Sequence record: LC739533.1
Source: Escherichia phage phiWec179
Strand: one strand, 5' to 3'
DNA length: 64,000 nucleotides
Shown here: positions 1 to 9,883 of the stretch, in pieces
How the letters are laid out: every line of letters starts with the position of its first letter
Position numbering within the stretch: position 1 is the stretch's first letter
Translations under genes and position numbers: made by a program
Notes under the pieces: model-generated
The model's database searches: none
Seen by the model: only the letters and a program-made list of their open reading frames with translations
Told to the model about the DNA's origin: nothing

Positions 1-702
1 TGCGTTGGACATTTGTGAACGAGGTGTAACATAAACAGACCCATCTTGAATAGACACGTTATGATCAATACTCTTACAAATGTGTTCCAGGTAGTGTGAA
101 GTATTTCCACACATCGCTGTCGCAGAAGAAAGGGTCTGATCATTGTCGATATGAATGTTACCTTCTGTTGTCCCAAGATCCTTAACAAGATCTGCAACAA
201 CACGTCTTACTTTCGTCCCTTTAGGGTAGCTACGACTGGTACGGGCTTCAGAGATGTTGATACCTCCGTCCAGACAATGGAGAACAGTTTTACGATCGAC
301 ACTATCGAACGTATCACTTACCCACTGAATTGTACCCTTGAAAATCATAACCAATTCTTGCCCTTCGTATCCAACTGCTAAAGCTACTGCCAGGTTGTTA
401 CGAATGCCTCGGTTGATGTAGTTTACTGTGTCATCCGACAGGTTGTAAACAGTAATCTCCGCTTGGTTAGGATCTTTGTTATTATCTTTCTTGATATTGA
501 AAGTAATTTGATGATGTTCAAGTAGATACAAATTAGAAGAAGATTTTGTAGTGCTTCCCAATTTAGTATCCAAATCTACTGTTGATTTAAAGGATGAGTT
601 GCTTGTCCTTTTCTGCACGGTATTCGTTGCCGTACCAATCAACAGTTTATATGCCCTGTTCAGATTGGGAACAGGGGCTTTTGTATATTCTCTTTCTGCC
701 AT
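1..702 (-). CDS. Tail/baseplate-region structural protein, truncated at window edge
   Basis: Minus-strand frame open to window start; ATG at 700-702 preceded by GGGGAG RBS; co-oriented with tail gene block. Forward ORFs 151-381 and 594-782 are antisense to it. Confidence 0.45.
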   Translation of the reverse strand, partial: MAEREYTKAPVPNLNRAYKLLIGTATNTVQKRTSNSSFKSTVDLDTKLGSTTKSSSNLYLLEHHQITFNIKKDNNKDPNQAEITVYNLSDDTVNYINRGIRNNLAVALAVGYEGQELVMIFKGTIQWVSDTFDSVDRKTVLHCLDGGINISEARTSRSYPKGTKVRRVVADLVKDLGTTEGNIHIDNDQTLSSATAMCGNTSHYLEHICKSIDHNVSIQDGSVYVTPRSQMSNA

Positions 703-720
703 ACAATCTCCCCTTAACTA

Positions 721-1134
721 TTAAGCTTGGTTCGATAGATTATCTATGTAAACCAAAACAAAACGTTTTTCAATTCCTGTAGTTGTGTAACCAGGACGAC
801 CGTTAATCTTTACCGTATCGATCATGTAAAGCTGTCCATCGGGAACACCTTCGAGATACTTGTACGGCTTCAGCAGGTCAAGTCCGTTGGTTATCTTAAA
901 CGTTACGCTCGGTTCGTCTCCTGATAAACCTATAAGGCACTGCCAAGCTTCATCACGAGTGTTCCAACGTAAACGTATATCGTAATCTACACCATCCAAT
1001 GTTACAGTGTAGGTTTGGTCTGGATATTCTTCTGTCTTCAAATACCAGGCAAAGTAATCAGAACGGTCTTCCAAGAAGACAGCCTTATATCCAGAGTTTG
1101 TTGTGCTTCGTGTTGCTTTAGAATAAGTTGCCAC
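721..1134 (-). CDS. Hypothetical tail-associated protein
   Basis: 137 aa ORF tightly packed between minus-strand tail genes; no recognisable motif. Confidence 0.45.
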   Translation of the reverse strand: MATYSKATRSTTNSGYKAVFLEDRSDYFAWYLKTEEYPDQTYTVTLDGVDYDIRLRWNTRDEAWQCLIGLSGDEPSVTFKITNGLDLLKPYKYLEGVPDGQLYMIDTVKINGRPGYTTTGIEKRFVLVYIDNLSNQA

Positions 1135-1136
1135 GA

Positions 1137-1871
1137 TTACCCTCCGTTATTCGACGGTGTATTAGTATCTCTTGCAGCATTTTGGTTAATTGGGTTAGTG
1201 ACTTTAGCACCACCAGTTGGAGCCTTGCTCTTAACCTCGCCACCAGTAGATTTGTTCGGGGCAGTCTTCACAGCTATCGCGTTAGTTGTTGCAGTGCTGA
1301 CCAAACGAATCTGCTCCAATTCCAGGTTGAACTGCATAGCGAATTCTGAACGATATTCGTAAGTGTAACCTTTCAGGATCACGTTCTCGAAAGTACGGTG
1401 TTCTGTTAATAGAACTATCGGTTGACGAGCATCAAAAATCTGATCAAGGTACTCGATTGCTTGGGAAATACGTGTTCCATTAACCCCTGCACTGTAAAGC
1501 TGATCACGCATCAAACGTACAGGCGTTTCTGTAATAACACCTGTCAATTTAAAAGTGTTGTTGTTTATTTTGACGTTATCACTCACTGTACTGCCGGATT
1601 CAACAGGGAAGCTTGTGATATCTGCTGAACGAGTTACTCCAACTTCCGGTGCGGAGTCGAAAGTAATCGCCATAAAGTTTTGTATGTATTGATCACTTGA
1701 GCTATTGTAAACACTGGCTAAGATACAAAAACCGTTATCACCTTTCACCGTGGAGGCGGAGTTATTCGTATTTTGTGTTGAGTTCACCTCTTGCTCGGAT
1801 TTGTAGACGGCTCTTACCGACTGTTGTGGAGTCATTGCTGCCATGATAACCTCATAGTAATGGTAATGCAA
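1137..1871 (-). CDS. Hypothetical tail protein
   Basis: 244 aa ORF directly downstream (minus sense) of tape measure candidate; position-based call. Confidence 0.45.
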   Translation of the reverse strand: MHYHYYEVIMAAMTPQQSVRAVYKSEQEVNSTQNTNNSASTVKGDNGFCILASVYNSSSDQYIQNFMAITFDSAPEVGVTRSADITSFPVESGSTVSDNVKINNNTFKLTGVITETPVRLMRDQLYSAGVNGTRISQAIEYLDQIFDARQPIVLLTEHRTFENVILKGYTYEYRSEFAMQFNLELEQIRLVSTATTNAIAVKTAPNKSTGGEVKSKAPTGGAKVTNPINQNAARDTNTPSNNGG

Positions 1872-1947
1872 AGAGGAAGATGCAAGATCTTCCCATATTG
1901 ATTATGATACCACAAATGTCGTCGTTATGTCAATGTAAAAATAATTC

Positions 1948-3015
1948 TTGACTACCATGATCCGCCTTGCTACACTGTATTTATTAACTAAGGAGGAAAT
2001 TATGGGCGTGATTAAAGGTTGGGACATTCAGAAGAAAGAATGTGAAGAAGTGGCAAGACCAGGTATTACTGTTCTTGGATTTGTTGAACCGTGGAATGGT
2101 GCACATACCAAACTGATGCTGAAATGTGAGAAGCATGGGGAATGGAATACAACCTCCATCAACAACTTCAAAAAGAATGGTTCTGGTTGTAATGGTTGTA
2201 GAGCGGATATATGTGGTGCAAGAGCAGAAGGGAATAGCTTTGCAAGTAAAAATGCTATCTCAGATGAGCAACACATTAAGGATTTCTTGGCTACCGGATT
2301 GTTTGCAGAGGGGACAACCTTCGTCAATACAGGTGTGAAAACAAAAGGTAATCACAACTGCGTGTGGAAAGTAAGTTGCCCTGTTTGTGCTGTGGATGTA
2401 TATTCTCAAGCTGGTTTATGTGATGGTAGTTTTGAAGGTCTGACTACACACCTTAAGGCTGGAAAGGTTCCTTGTCGTTGCTCTCCACGTCATTGCTATT
2501 CTAAAGACCAATGGTTGTTTAGATTTCAGTTAATGTGTGAAGAAAAAGGTTATACTTTCATCAAGGCCATCTACGAAGGGGAAGCATACTCTCATGGAGA
2601 TGTTGAGTATGCTTGTCCAGAACACGGCTCACAACGCATGACTGTGAAGAACCTCATGTCAGGTAAAGGTTGTCCAGAGTGTGCCAATAAAACACAACAG
2701 TTCTGTTATATCAATGAAGTGTATGATGAAGATAATAATCTCTGCGCTCTTAAATTTGGAATTGCCAATGATGCTGAACGTAGGATCAAAGGTCAGAACT
2801 CGAAGAATGCTTTCACAATGCAACAGAAAGCTGTCTACTTCTTTGATGATATCAAGTCGTGTCGAGCAGCAGAAAGGAAGTGTTTGAAGATGTTGAAGTG
2901 CGGTGTTGTGAATAAATTTCAATTGCAGGATGGACACACAGAAACAACCCATCTGGACAATTACGAAATTATTGAGGCTATTTACGAAAGTTTTGGAGGG
3001 GTGTTACAGAAATGA
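1948..3015 (+). CDS. Cys-rich zinc-ribbon protein with C-terminal T5orf172/GIY-YIG-like domain
   Basis: Repeated C-x-x-C/C-P-E-H-G/C-P-E-C pairs; C-terminal LKFGIANDAERRIKG resembles the KIGxT..RL core of T5orf172 domain; opposite strand to surrounding tail genes. Confidence 0.45.
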   Translation: MTTMIRLATLYLLTKEEIMGVIKGWDIQKKECEEVARPGITVLGFVEPWNGAHTKLMLKCEKHGEWNTTSINNFKKNGSGCNGCRADICGARAEGNSFASKNAISDEQHIKDFLATGLFAEGTTFVNTGVKTKGNHNCVWKVSCPVCAVDVYSQAGLCDGSFEGLTTHLKAGKVPCRCSPRHCYSKDQWLFRFQLMCEEKGYTFIKAIYEGEAYSHGDVEYACPEHGSQRMTVKNLMSGKGCPECANKTQQFCYINEVYDEDNNLCALKFGIANDAERRIKGQNSKNAFTMQQKAVYFFDDIKSCRAAERKCLKMLKCGVVNKFQLQDGHTETTHLDNYEIIEAIYESFGGVLQK

Positions 3016-3040
3016 AAAAAGGGGCCGAAGCCCCTTTCTT
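3015..3040. terminator. Bidirectional rho-independent terminator between convergent genes
   Basis: A-run, GGGGC-CGAA-GCCCC hairpin, T-run; reads as terminator on both strands. Confidence 0.6.
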
Positions 3041-4994
3041 AGTTACCACCAGATTGTCCACTTAAAGTAGCTAAAGTTAAACGGTTGAAAACATTGTTAC
3101 CACTGTTCTGAATACGAGCATCCAACATATTACCAAACTCCGAAGACGGGTTGATTGTTACGTTGATCAGATCACTCGGAATAGCAATCGTGTTTTCTAC
3201 AATAGGTTGGTTACGAGCCAGATTAACGTTTGGCGTATAAGCTGTTTCACGCAAATTCTCTAAAGGATTCCCGAAACCGAAAGCATGTGTTCGAGTTTCT
3301 TCTCCTCGGAACATTCTTCCAACGTCTTGAGTATCAATTCCAGTCCACTTATAAAGGAAGTCGGCTACTGGGTTGGTATCTCCTGATTGTGTTGCGGCGT
3401 ACAATTTGTCCGGTATAGTTTTATTAGGATCAGAATCCGGTCCGAAGATAGATGGTAAGTTTGTCACTAACCATTTATTAATATCTTCCGTGATACCGAT
3501 AATCTCTGTACCAAACTTAGCAACATTCAGTGTGGCATTTGCAAACTCCACCCCAAGATTCTTGGCAAAATTGTCCAAAGATTTAACGTTATCTAACCAA
3601 GATTCGTCTTTAGGTATTGCACTCATAAATCCTTCCAGGAAATAGTTCTGCATCCCTTGACCAACCAAACCTATTGTTGCAGTTAAACGTGTGTACTGTT
3701 TAGAAGCTTCCATTTGCTCATTAGTCAATGCAGCACCAGTACGTTGAAGCATACGGAGGGTTTCTTGGAAGCCTTCTCCGTTCTTGCTAAACATACGTTG
3801 GTAATGCATGAGGTCATCTCCAAGGTTCTCAAGAAGACGACCAATCTGTGCCGAGTTCATGCCGCGACGCTCACCTTCATTCACAGTTGCCTGGATGAAA
3901 GCTAACGGATCGTTCTGCATGTGCTTAATTTGCGAAGGGTTCCAGCCGAACATGTTCATGATATCGTTGATACCGTTGTCCCCGCCACGCCATTTTCCTT
4001 TCTTCTCGTCCCATTCAGAAGCCATCATCGAGTTACCTAAACGTTCACGAACGTCTTTAAGGTTATCGATTGACTTGATAATGTTTGCCGAGTCAACACC
4101 GTTCTGTTCACCCCAAGCAGTCATTGTCATAATGGCGTTGGCGTTTGCCTGAACGTTCTCTGCACCACGACCTACAAACTTGATACGATCATTAGCATTT
4201 TGCAAAGTGTTCCCTACAACAGAGCCACCTGCAAATAACCCTGCACCGATCATAGAAGAAACCATCATACGAGGGTTAAGACCTAAAGCACCATCTCGCA
4301 TTTGGGAATACTTACGTTCCTTATCTCGACGTTGTTGTGCCAATTCTCGTTTATGGTTACGTTCAATATCGCGCAACTCTTTATCACGCATACGTTGACG
4401 TTGCTTGGCTTCTGCTTCCAGTTCTCGACGAATCCTACGGCGACCACGAACCTCATCCTCAATATCTTTCGTTTTTTCTCTGTGGGATTTACGAAGGTTA
4501 TCAAGCTGATGGGCCAGAGTTTGGTTCATACGTTGAAGAGTGATATCTCCACGTTTGTATGATTCTACAGAGGCATCCATGATTTGTTTTGCTTGGCGTT
4601 GTGCATCTATGGAAGCTTTGGTATATTGCATACCACGCTTCTCAAAATTCTCCATGCGGAGGTTGCCTAAATCGTTACGACGAGCTTGGAGTTCTGCTGC
4701 GCGTTCTTCTGGTGTTTTCTTACCTGGTTTCGTTGGACGACCAGGACCGGAGGTAGTTCCACCACCTTTTGGAGCAGAAGGGGGAGCAGGGCGAGCAGGG
4801 AAAGTCTGCGCTTTACGCATTTCTCTTTCGATCTCTTTCATCTGCTGCCTAAATTTACTCATGTTTAAGGTAGGTTGGATTTTTTCAGCGAACCTTTTAA
4901 TACTTTCGACAGAATCTTTGGCCTCTTTGAGACTGTTCTTGTCCACCTTAAATGTGACTACGTTACTGATTTTTGAGGCATTAATATCTAACAA
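3039..4994 (-). CDS. Tail tape measure protein (tentative)
   Basis: 651 aa, long charged coiled-coil region (REK-rich), Gly/Ala-rich segment; sits immediately downstream of frameshifted chaperone pair. Confidence 0.45.
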   Translation of the reverse strand: MLDINASKISNVVTFKVDKNSLKEAKDSVESIKRFAEKIQPTLNMSKFRQQMKEIEREMRKAQTFPARPAPPSAPKGGGTTSGPGRPTKPGKKTPEERAAELQARRNDLGNLRMENFEKRGMQYTKASIDAQRQAKQIMDASVESYKRGDITLQRMNQTLAHQLDNLRKSHREKTKDIEDEVRGRRRIRRELEAEAKQRQRMRDKELRDIERNHKRELAQQRRDKERKYSQMRDGALGLNPRMMVSSMIGAGLFAGGSVVGNTLQNANDRIKFVGRGAENVQANANAIMTMTAWGEQNGVDSANIIKSIDNLKDVRERLGNSMMASEWDEKKGKWRGGDNGINDIMNMFGWNPSQIKHMQNDPLAFIQATVNEGERRGMNSAQIGRLLENLGDDLMHYQRMFSKNGEGFQETLRMLQRTGAALTNEQMEASKQYTRLTATIGLVGQGMQNYFLEGFMSAIPKDESWLDNVKSLDNFAKNLGVEFANATLNVAKFGTEIIGITEDINKWLVTNLPSIFGPDSDPNKTIPDKLYAATQSGDTNPVADFLYKWTGIDTQDVGRMFRGEETRTHAFGFGNPLENLRETAYTPNVNLARNQPIVENTIAIPSDLINVTINPSSEFGNMLDARIQNSGNNVFNRLTLATLSGQSGGN

Positions 4995-5008
4995 AGTATT
5001 TCCTCCTG

Positions 5009-5257
5009 TTAGTGTATCATTTTCTTAAACATGTCTTGCATTTGAGAAGCGTTCTCTTGTTGCTTTCTCTTTATTGAAGTGTCTTTGCTGTACAGAGCTT
5101 CGATATAATCCTCATAGGTGAGGTACTCGTACATTCCTAACAGATAATCCACCCCGTATTGATCCAGGGTGGAGCGTGTTTCCGAGGTATTCTTCACAAC
5201 CTTGCAGAGAATGATCTCATACCACTTCAACGTAAGAGTCTTCTCTGCGGTTTCCAT
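5009..5257 (-). CDS. Tail assembly chaperone, frameshift extension (T part of G-T fusion)
   Basis: ORF in -1 frame relative to 5278-5760; its frame stays open upstream across the end of the preceding gene up to a slippery heptamer. Confidence 0.45.
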   Translation of the reverse strand: METAEKTLTLKWYEIILCKVVKNTSETRSTLDQYGVDYLLGMYEYLTYEDYIEALYSKDTSIKRKQQENASQMQDMFKKMIH

Positions 5258-5277
5258 CGCGTGACGAATGGCTGGAC

Positions 5278-5760
5278 TTAGTTCGTTGCCAGATCCTGAA
5301 CCGCTTGGAACTGGGTCAACAGTTTTCCGAAACCTCGTTTGAAAAAAGGGCCATAGTTCACCTCAAGAACTTTTGCTGTCAAGTCGAGGACAAGTTCTGG
5401 GTGAGCAAAGAAGAGTTCATCGAAGTTATCAGATACATTATGTCCTGCTTCGGTATATACTTCGTCTAAGATCTTACGGAGGAACACGGTAAGGTTCTTC
5501 TCTTCAAGACCAGAGAACAATTGAATAAGTGCCATTGCAATACGAGATTCCAGATCTTCATCAGCCGACATAAGGGCGGTATTGTACATGGTCATAGGTA
5601 CAGCTAAAACGCTACCGAGTTCTGGAATACGTTCGAAGACCTTTGAAGGACTCCACTTCAGAATACGGAAGGTTACGAAACGGGTTTCATCCAAGTAAAT
5701 TTTTACGATTTCTTCTGGACGTGCATATTGTTTGATAGTATCGTCTTGTTGTTCTGACAT
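5278..5760 (-). CDS. Tail assembly chaperone (G-like)
   Basis: 160 aa ORF between tube and tape measure candidates; contains in-frame slippery site near 3' end. Confidence 0.5.
   Translation of the reverse strand: MSEQQDDTIKQYARPEEIVKIYLDETRFVTFRILKWSPSKVFERIPELGSVLAVPMTMYNTALMSADEDLESRIAMALIQLFSGLEEKNLTVFLRKILDEVYTEAGHNVSDNFDELFFAHPELVLDLTAKVLEVNYGPFFKRGFGKLLTQFQAVQDLATN
5341..5347 (-). other. -1 programmed ribosomal frameshift slippery heptamer T_TTT_TTC
   Basis: Minus-strand sequence ggC_CCT_TTT_TTC_aaa in zero frame of chaperone gene; -1 frame then runs without stops into ORF 5009-5257. Confidence 0.5.
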
Positions 5761-5780
5761 AGTTTCCTCTCTTTTTAGTT

Positions 5781-5806
5781 AAATAAAAAGGGCATTTCTG
5801 CCCTTT
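5781..5806 (-). terminator. Rho-independent terminator after tail tube gene
   Basis: Hairpin GGGCA-GAAA-TGCCC followed by T-run on minus strand. Confidence 0.6.
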
Positions 5807-5811
5807 CGTTA

Positions 5812-6291
5812 TTATTGAATGGTCAGTGCAGAGATAGAGTTAAGAACACTCATACCTACACCAACTTCATTACGTAACAGGCTTGCATCTTTCAGACCGA
5901 TAACCCATTGGTTCTCTGTAATCATTTCGCCCATGGTGTCTTCAGGTTGAGACTGAATCCAACCAATGGTGCTAATGTAATAGCCACGAGGATCTTCCAG
6001 ATAAACGCTGAATGCTACTTGACGAGTAGAATACATTGTTTGAGCATAAGTTGCAAGAACTTCGTTCGCTGGAGATGTACGTTGCAGAGAAATAGTCATG
6101 GTGCCGAGACGGTTGCGGCTAAGAGCCAGAGAAACATCGCCATCAGTACCAGCATATGGGTTAATAATATCGTTGGCTTTTGCGATTACAATTTTAGTGT
6201 CGGTTGCAAAACCCCACGGCTCCCATCCACCCAGGGACAGAACGATTTGGGAAGGATCATAGGCCATTACGCCAGTAAGCATTTTATCCAA
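5812..6291 (-). CDS. Tail tube protein (tentative)
   Basis: 159 aa ORF downstream of sheath candidate, followed by strong terminator; size and position typical of contractile-tail tube. Confidence 0.5.
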   Translation of the reverse strand: MDKMLTGVMAYDPSQIVLSLGGWEPWGFATDTKIVIAKANDIINPYAGTDGDVSLALSRNRLGTMTISLQRTSPANEVLATYAQTMYSTRQVAFSVYLEDPRGYYISTIGWIQSQPEDTMGEMITENQWVIGLKDASLLRNEVGVGMSVLNSISALTIQ

Positions 6292-6337
6292 TTTGGATCT
6301 CCTTTAGGGATAAGGCGAGGTTGCCCCCGCCAAATTA

Positions 6338-7711
6338 TTAGTTTGCAGTACGGTTGGTCAGGACGTGAACCTGAACCTTAACGTAATGGAAGAATCCTGC
6401 GTAAACGTATTCAATCTTCATGCCGTCAACCAGACGCTGATTAATCTGCGAATCAGTCATGTCAGCACGAGAAGGAAGGTAAACGATAGGCTTCAGGTCA
6501 ACACGCAGTCCAGTTTCTTCTGAAACAACCACTTCGTTAGAAATAGAACCGTTCAGAATACCAACTTGGATCGGGTTAGCCAGAACCGCTTGTTTAATCA
6601 GAGCCAGACCATTGGAAGTAGCACGAACACCACCACCCAACATTGACTGCTGTTTGAACAGAGTGAACAGAGATTCTTCGGTACGAGCTTTGAACCACAG
6701 AGCGTGAACTACGTAGTCAGCAAAGAAACCGTTAACCATCAGACCATCGCGGTAGAACAGAGTTGCGTGTTCTTTACGGTAGATGTTACCATTCTGTTGA
6801 ACAATGTTATTTTCCGCAGTCTGACCAAGCTTCTCGATTTCAACTCCAACCAGAGTTTTACCGTGTAGAGTGGTAGTACCAGGCTGTGCAGAGCAGATAG
6901 AACCAACTACGGCAGCTTCTGGGAATACAGAGTCCGCGTCGCTCATCCACAAGGCGAAACAGGTGTTGACGTAACCGAGGTCATTCAAACGCTCAAGAAC
7001 GTTGTCTTCGGCTTTAGTAGTGATACCAACGTCTGAACTGGAGAAGAAGTATACTTTATCATTCTCTTCTACCCAAGCAGCTACATCAAGAATATCTTCA
7101 ACAGCGTGGGAGTCAGACAGAACCCAGAACCAGCTACTATCGATATCGTGCAGAGCGGCGATATCTTCGGTAATGCCGTTAGCGTAGACGGTTTCTTTAG
7201 CGAAGCCGTTTGCATCCAGAGAAGCGTATTTGCCTACAACTGGAGAAACAGTGATCACAGCACCATCGTTAGCAACGGTAAACAGACCACCATAAACTAC
7301 GTCTGCATTGATCATTTCTGTCAGACCAACAACGATTTCTTGTGCTGTTGCAGTGTCGTCAGCAATGAATTTGAAATCTTTCTTGTTCTTGCCTTCTTTG
7401 ATAGTGACAACATATGTTGCACTGTCTTCAACTGCTGGGGTCAGGGTAAAGTTTGTTACTTCACGCTTACCAACAATCACTTGACTTGGTGCGAATAATC
7501 CGTTAAACAGTTTAACTGCCATGATATAGGCTGGATCATTAACACCGTAACCCGCTTCCAGAAGTGCGTCAGAAGAGGTGTAATATTCAATCGCGTTACC
7601 AGTGACAGTCTGACCAGTAAGGATCAGGGGAATGTCAAACTGGGTTTCACGGATTGATGTAGCTCCGTACAGTAAAGTTACGGTTGCTACCTTTTCACGA
7701 AAAGTTGCCAT
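6338..7711 (-). CDS. Tail sheath protein (tentative)
   Basis: 457 aa ORF preceding tube gene; size and order as in P2/Mu-like sheath-tube-chaperone-TMP modules. Confidence 0.5.
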   Translation of the reverse strand: MATFREKVATVTLLYGATSIRETQFDIPLILTGQTVTGNAIEYYTSSDALLEAGYGVNDPAYIMAVKLFNGLFAPSQVIVGKREVTNFTLTPAVEDSATYVVTIKEGKNKKDFKFIADDTATAQEIVVGLTEMINADVVYGGLFTVANDGAVITVSPVVGKYASLDANGFAKETVYANGITEDIAALHDIDSSWFWVLSDSHAVEDILDVAAWVEENDKVYFFSSSDVGITTKAEDNVLERLNDLGYVNTCFALWMSDADSVFPEAAVVGSICSAQPGTTTLHGKTLVGVEIEKLGQTAENNIVQQNGNIYRKEHATLFYRDGLMVNGFFADYVVHALWFKARTEESLFTLFKQQSMLGGGVRATSNGLALIKQAVLANPIQVGILNGSISNEVVVSEETGLRVDLKPIVYLPSRADMTDSQINQRLVDGMKIEYVYAGFFHYVKVQVHVLTNRTAN

Positions 7712-7744
7712 TTATGCTCCTGTTAGAAACTTATTCCAATGAAT

Positions 7745-8443
7745 TTATTCGTTGGGGTTGTTAAATAATGATCCATCATCAGTTACTGGTGAGTATTCGC
7801 CATTAACCTCATGAACTACGTAAATTCTATCCAGAGTTAAATCCAGAGGTGTGGGATCATTGTAGCTATCTCTGAATGATCGAATATGCATGTTGACAGC
7901 CTCTATAGGGGTTGTCATAATATCCTCAATACTCATACGAGTGTTGAAGGTCATAATCATACGCGCTCTAACTTCAGTCTTATCTCCATCCAGAACTGTG
8001 TTTGCCTGTGTGATATTTGTTGCTGACAGGAAACCCATCCCTTTGGAATAGAGATGCTTGTATTTTAATTCCTCTGCACCACGTAGAGCAGCCAGAACAT
8101 AGCTCAACAGAGTAGTAGGTCTTCCACGGAAAGCCATGAGTTCAATCTCATAGGTATTGTCCATCTCGTAGGAAAACATGTCTTGCTCTATTTTGCCTCG
8201 GTAAGACCACCCACCAGAATCACTGGAGGTGATAATACGTAGTGCCAGGTATGGATTGGTAGGTTGGACGAACGGTTTGTCCATCACGTAAATTGGCAAT
8301 CCAGTTAATTCTTGAAGGAAACTACCTATATTAAGATAGATAGCGTTCTCATACGCTTCGATTTGTTCGTAGATATTAGCCAAAGTTTCCTCCCTCTTGA
8401 TCGTAATCCCATGTATTGTTTTGATCGTCCAATATGGCGACAC
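7745..8443 (-). CDS. Hypothetical virion (neck/tail) protein
   Basis: 232 aa ORF in late block; start overlaps upstream gene, true start may be internal. Confidence 0.4.
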   Translation of the reverse strand: MSPYWTIKTIHGITIKREETLANIYEQIEAYENAIYLNIGSFLQELTGLPIYVMDKPFVQPTNPYLALRIITSSDSGGWSYRGKIEQDMFSYEMDNTYEIELMAFRGRPTTLLSYVLAALRGAEELKYKHLYSKGMGFLSATNITQANTVLDGDKTEVRARMIMTFNTRMSIEDIMTTPIEAVNMHIRSFRDSYNDPTPLDLTLDRIYVVHEVNGEYSPVTDDGSLFNNPNE

Positions 8444-8825
8444 AATGATGATGGGTTAGGAAAGTAGTTCGAGTCCAATCTTTAAGGGAGTACACAGAAT
8501 ACCACTGACCATCAATCAAGATTTGGTCGGATAGTTGAGAGGTTCCTTGTTGGATGCCTCGCATTTCTGTTTTAGTCCAGAAACTATATTGCGCCTTTGA
8601 TCTGTACCCTTCAGGCAGTGCTTTTAGAGTTTTTCCAGAGATTGGTTGCAGACTTGCAGCCGCTATCTCAAACTCTTCATATTCTACGGTACTACCCATA
8701 TTGGCGATAACAGAACCTACAGCTTCTTTGTAGACACGTCTACGCCCTTGATATGAGGTAAGATCAAGGAGAGTGAATTGATCAAGTAACACCTGTATCT
8801 CCTTTTTAGTATACATCAAAAACAA
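8376..8825 (-). CDS. Hypothetical virion protein
   Basis: 149 aa ORF in late block. Confidence 0.4.
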   Translation of the reverse strand: MFLMYTKKEIQVLLDQFTLLDLTSYQGRRRVYKEAVGSVIANMGSTVEYEEFEIAAASLQPISGKTLKALPEGYRSKAQYSFWTKTEMRGIQQGTSQLSDQILIDGQWYSVYSLKDWTRTTFLTHHHCVAILDDQNNTWDYDQEGGNFG

Positions 8826-8837
8826 AATTTATGCAAG

Positions 8838-9326
8838 TTATTTTTTAGACTTGCCTTTTGTGATCTTCGAGTCTATCTCGTTAATCATGTGCCCTGTGTC
8901 AATCAACGTGTGTGTAGAATAATTCCCTCTATCACGACGAATCTTAATTGTCACCGGAGAAAGTGCTCTATATCGTTGGGAAGCTATTGCTCTTGCTATT
9001 CCTTCACGAGAAGCTTTCGCTATCGGCTCAAAAACTCCGAGTCCTTTATTTCGCATCAAGTATTGAACAAAAACATTCGGTAATAGCTTGGCTATCTCTT
9101 TACTGGAAATCACAGCACCGTCAGTCATAAACGGACGGGCTGGAATATTATTTGTTTCGTTACCATATTGCTGGATAGCAGCTATCGCCGGAATAGTGAG
9201 ATCTGATTCAGGGTGTCTCTTGTTTTCAAGGAAACCAGCTTCAATTTCCACATTCTCTAATACCATCATCTTTTTAATGATTGTATCCCAGTCTGTGTCT
9301 GTGCCTGGCAAGATCTCACTTTTCAT
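8838..9326 (-). CDS. Hypothetical head-tail joining protein
   Basis: 162 aa ORF, position between capsid and tail modules. Confidence 0.4.
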   Translation of the reverse strand: MKSEILPGTDTDWDTIIKKMMVLENVEIEAGFLENKRHPESDLTIPAIAAIQQYGNETNNIPARPFMTDGAVISSKEIAKLLPNVFVQYLMRNKGLGVFEPIAKASREGIARAIASQRYRALSPVTIKIRRDRGNYSTHTLIDTGHMINEIDSKITKGKSKK

Positions 9327-9874
9327 TATTTGTCCCTACGATAATATGATACAGGTCCGTAGTTTCGCAGATAGTTTACGTTACGTGTTTTACGATCTAC
9401 ACTGGCAACATTACCTAAACCATTCACAGAGTTAGGATCGCTGTTGACACGATCGATTTCACGAGCATCTACACCACCAATCAGAACACGACTTGTTGCA
9501 CCACGTCCAGCGGTACATCCTGGAATAACCATTAAGCCGTTCAGGTAGTTGTTGTAGATATCTTCCCAAGGAGATTTGTATTCTACTTGACCGTTACTAA
9601 ACTTAACTTCTACTTCCACTTCGCCCATCTTTTCACGGCGGGACATTGCACCACCACTTTGACTGTTGTTATTTAAAACATCAGTGTTCCACAGGTATTC
9701 AAGAACAGAAATTAAACTGTTCCACAGAACAGCACACTTATTAGAGTCGGCGTTACCAATAATATCGATCCACGTCTGGATAATCTGAATCAACACTGCG
9801 TCTGGCAAAGTTTCTTGAGACGGATTATAAACAAGGATTCGAACCATTGGTGCCAATTCAGTAGCAATCAGCAT
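9326..9874 (-). CDS. Hypothetical head-tail joining protein
   Basis: 182 aa ORF; 1-nt overlap with downstream gene. Confidence 0.4.
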   Translation of the reverse strand: MLIATELAPMVRILVYNPSQETLPDAVLIQIIQTWIDIIGNADSNKCAVLWNSLISVLEYLWNTDVLNNNSQSGGAMSRREKMGEVEVEVKFSNGQVEYKSPWEDIYNNYLNGLMVIPGCTAGRGATSRVLIGGVDAREIDRVNSDPNSVNGLGNVASVDRKTRNVNYLRNYGPVSYYRRDK

Positions 9875-9883
9875 AACTTCTCC

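Noticed and set aside
151-782. Plus-strand ORFs 151-381 and 594-782
   Set aside because: Antisense to a well-supported minus-strand structural gene (1-702) with RBS; no RBS of their own.
5776-5812. Possible promoter in the hairpin region after the tube gene
   Set aside because: The sequence fits a terminator (hairpin plus T-run on the coding strand) and no -35/-10 pair with proper spacing was found.
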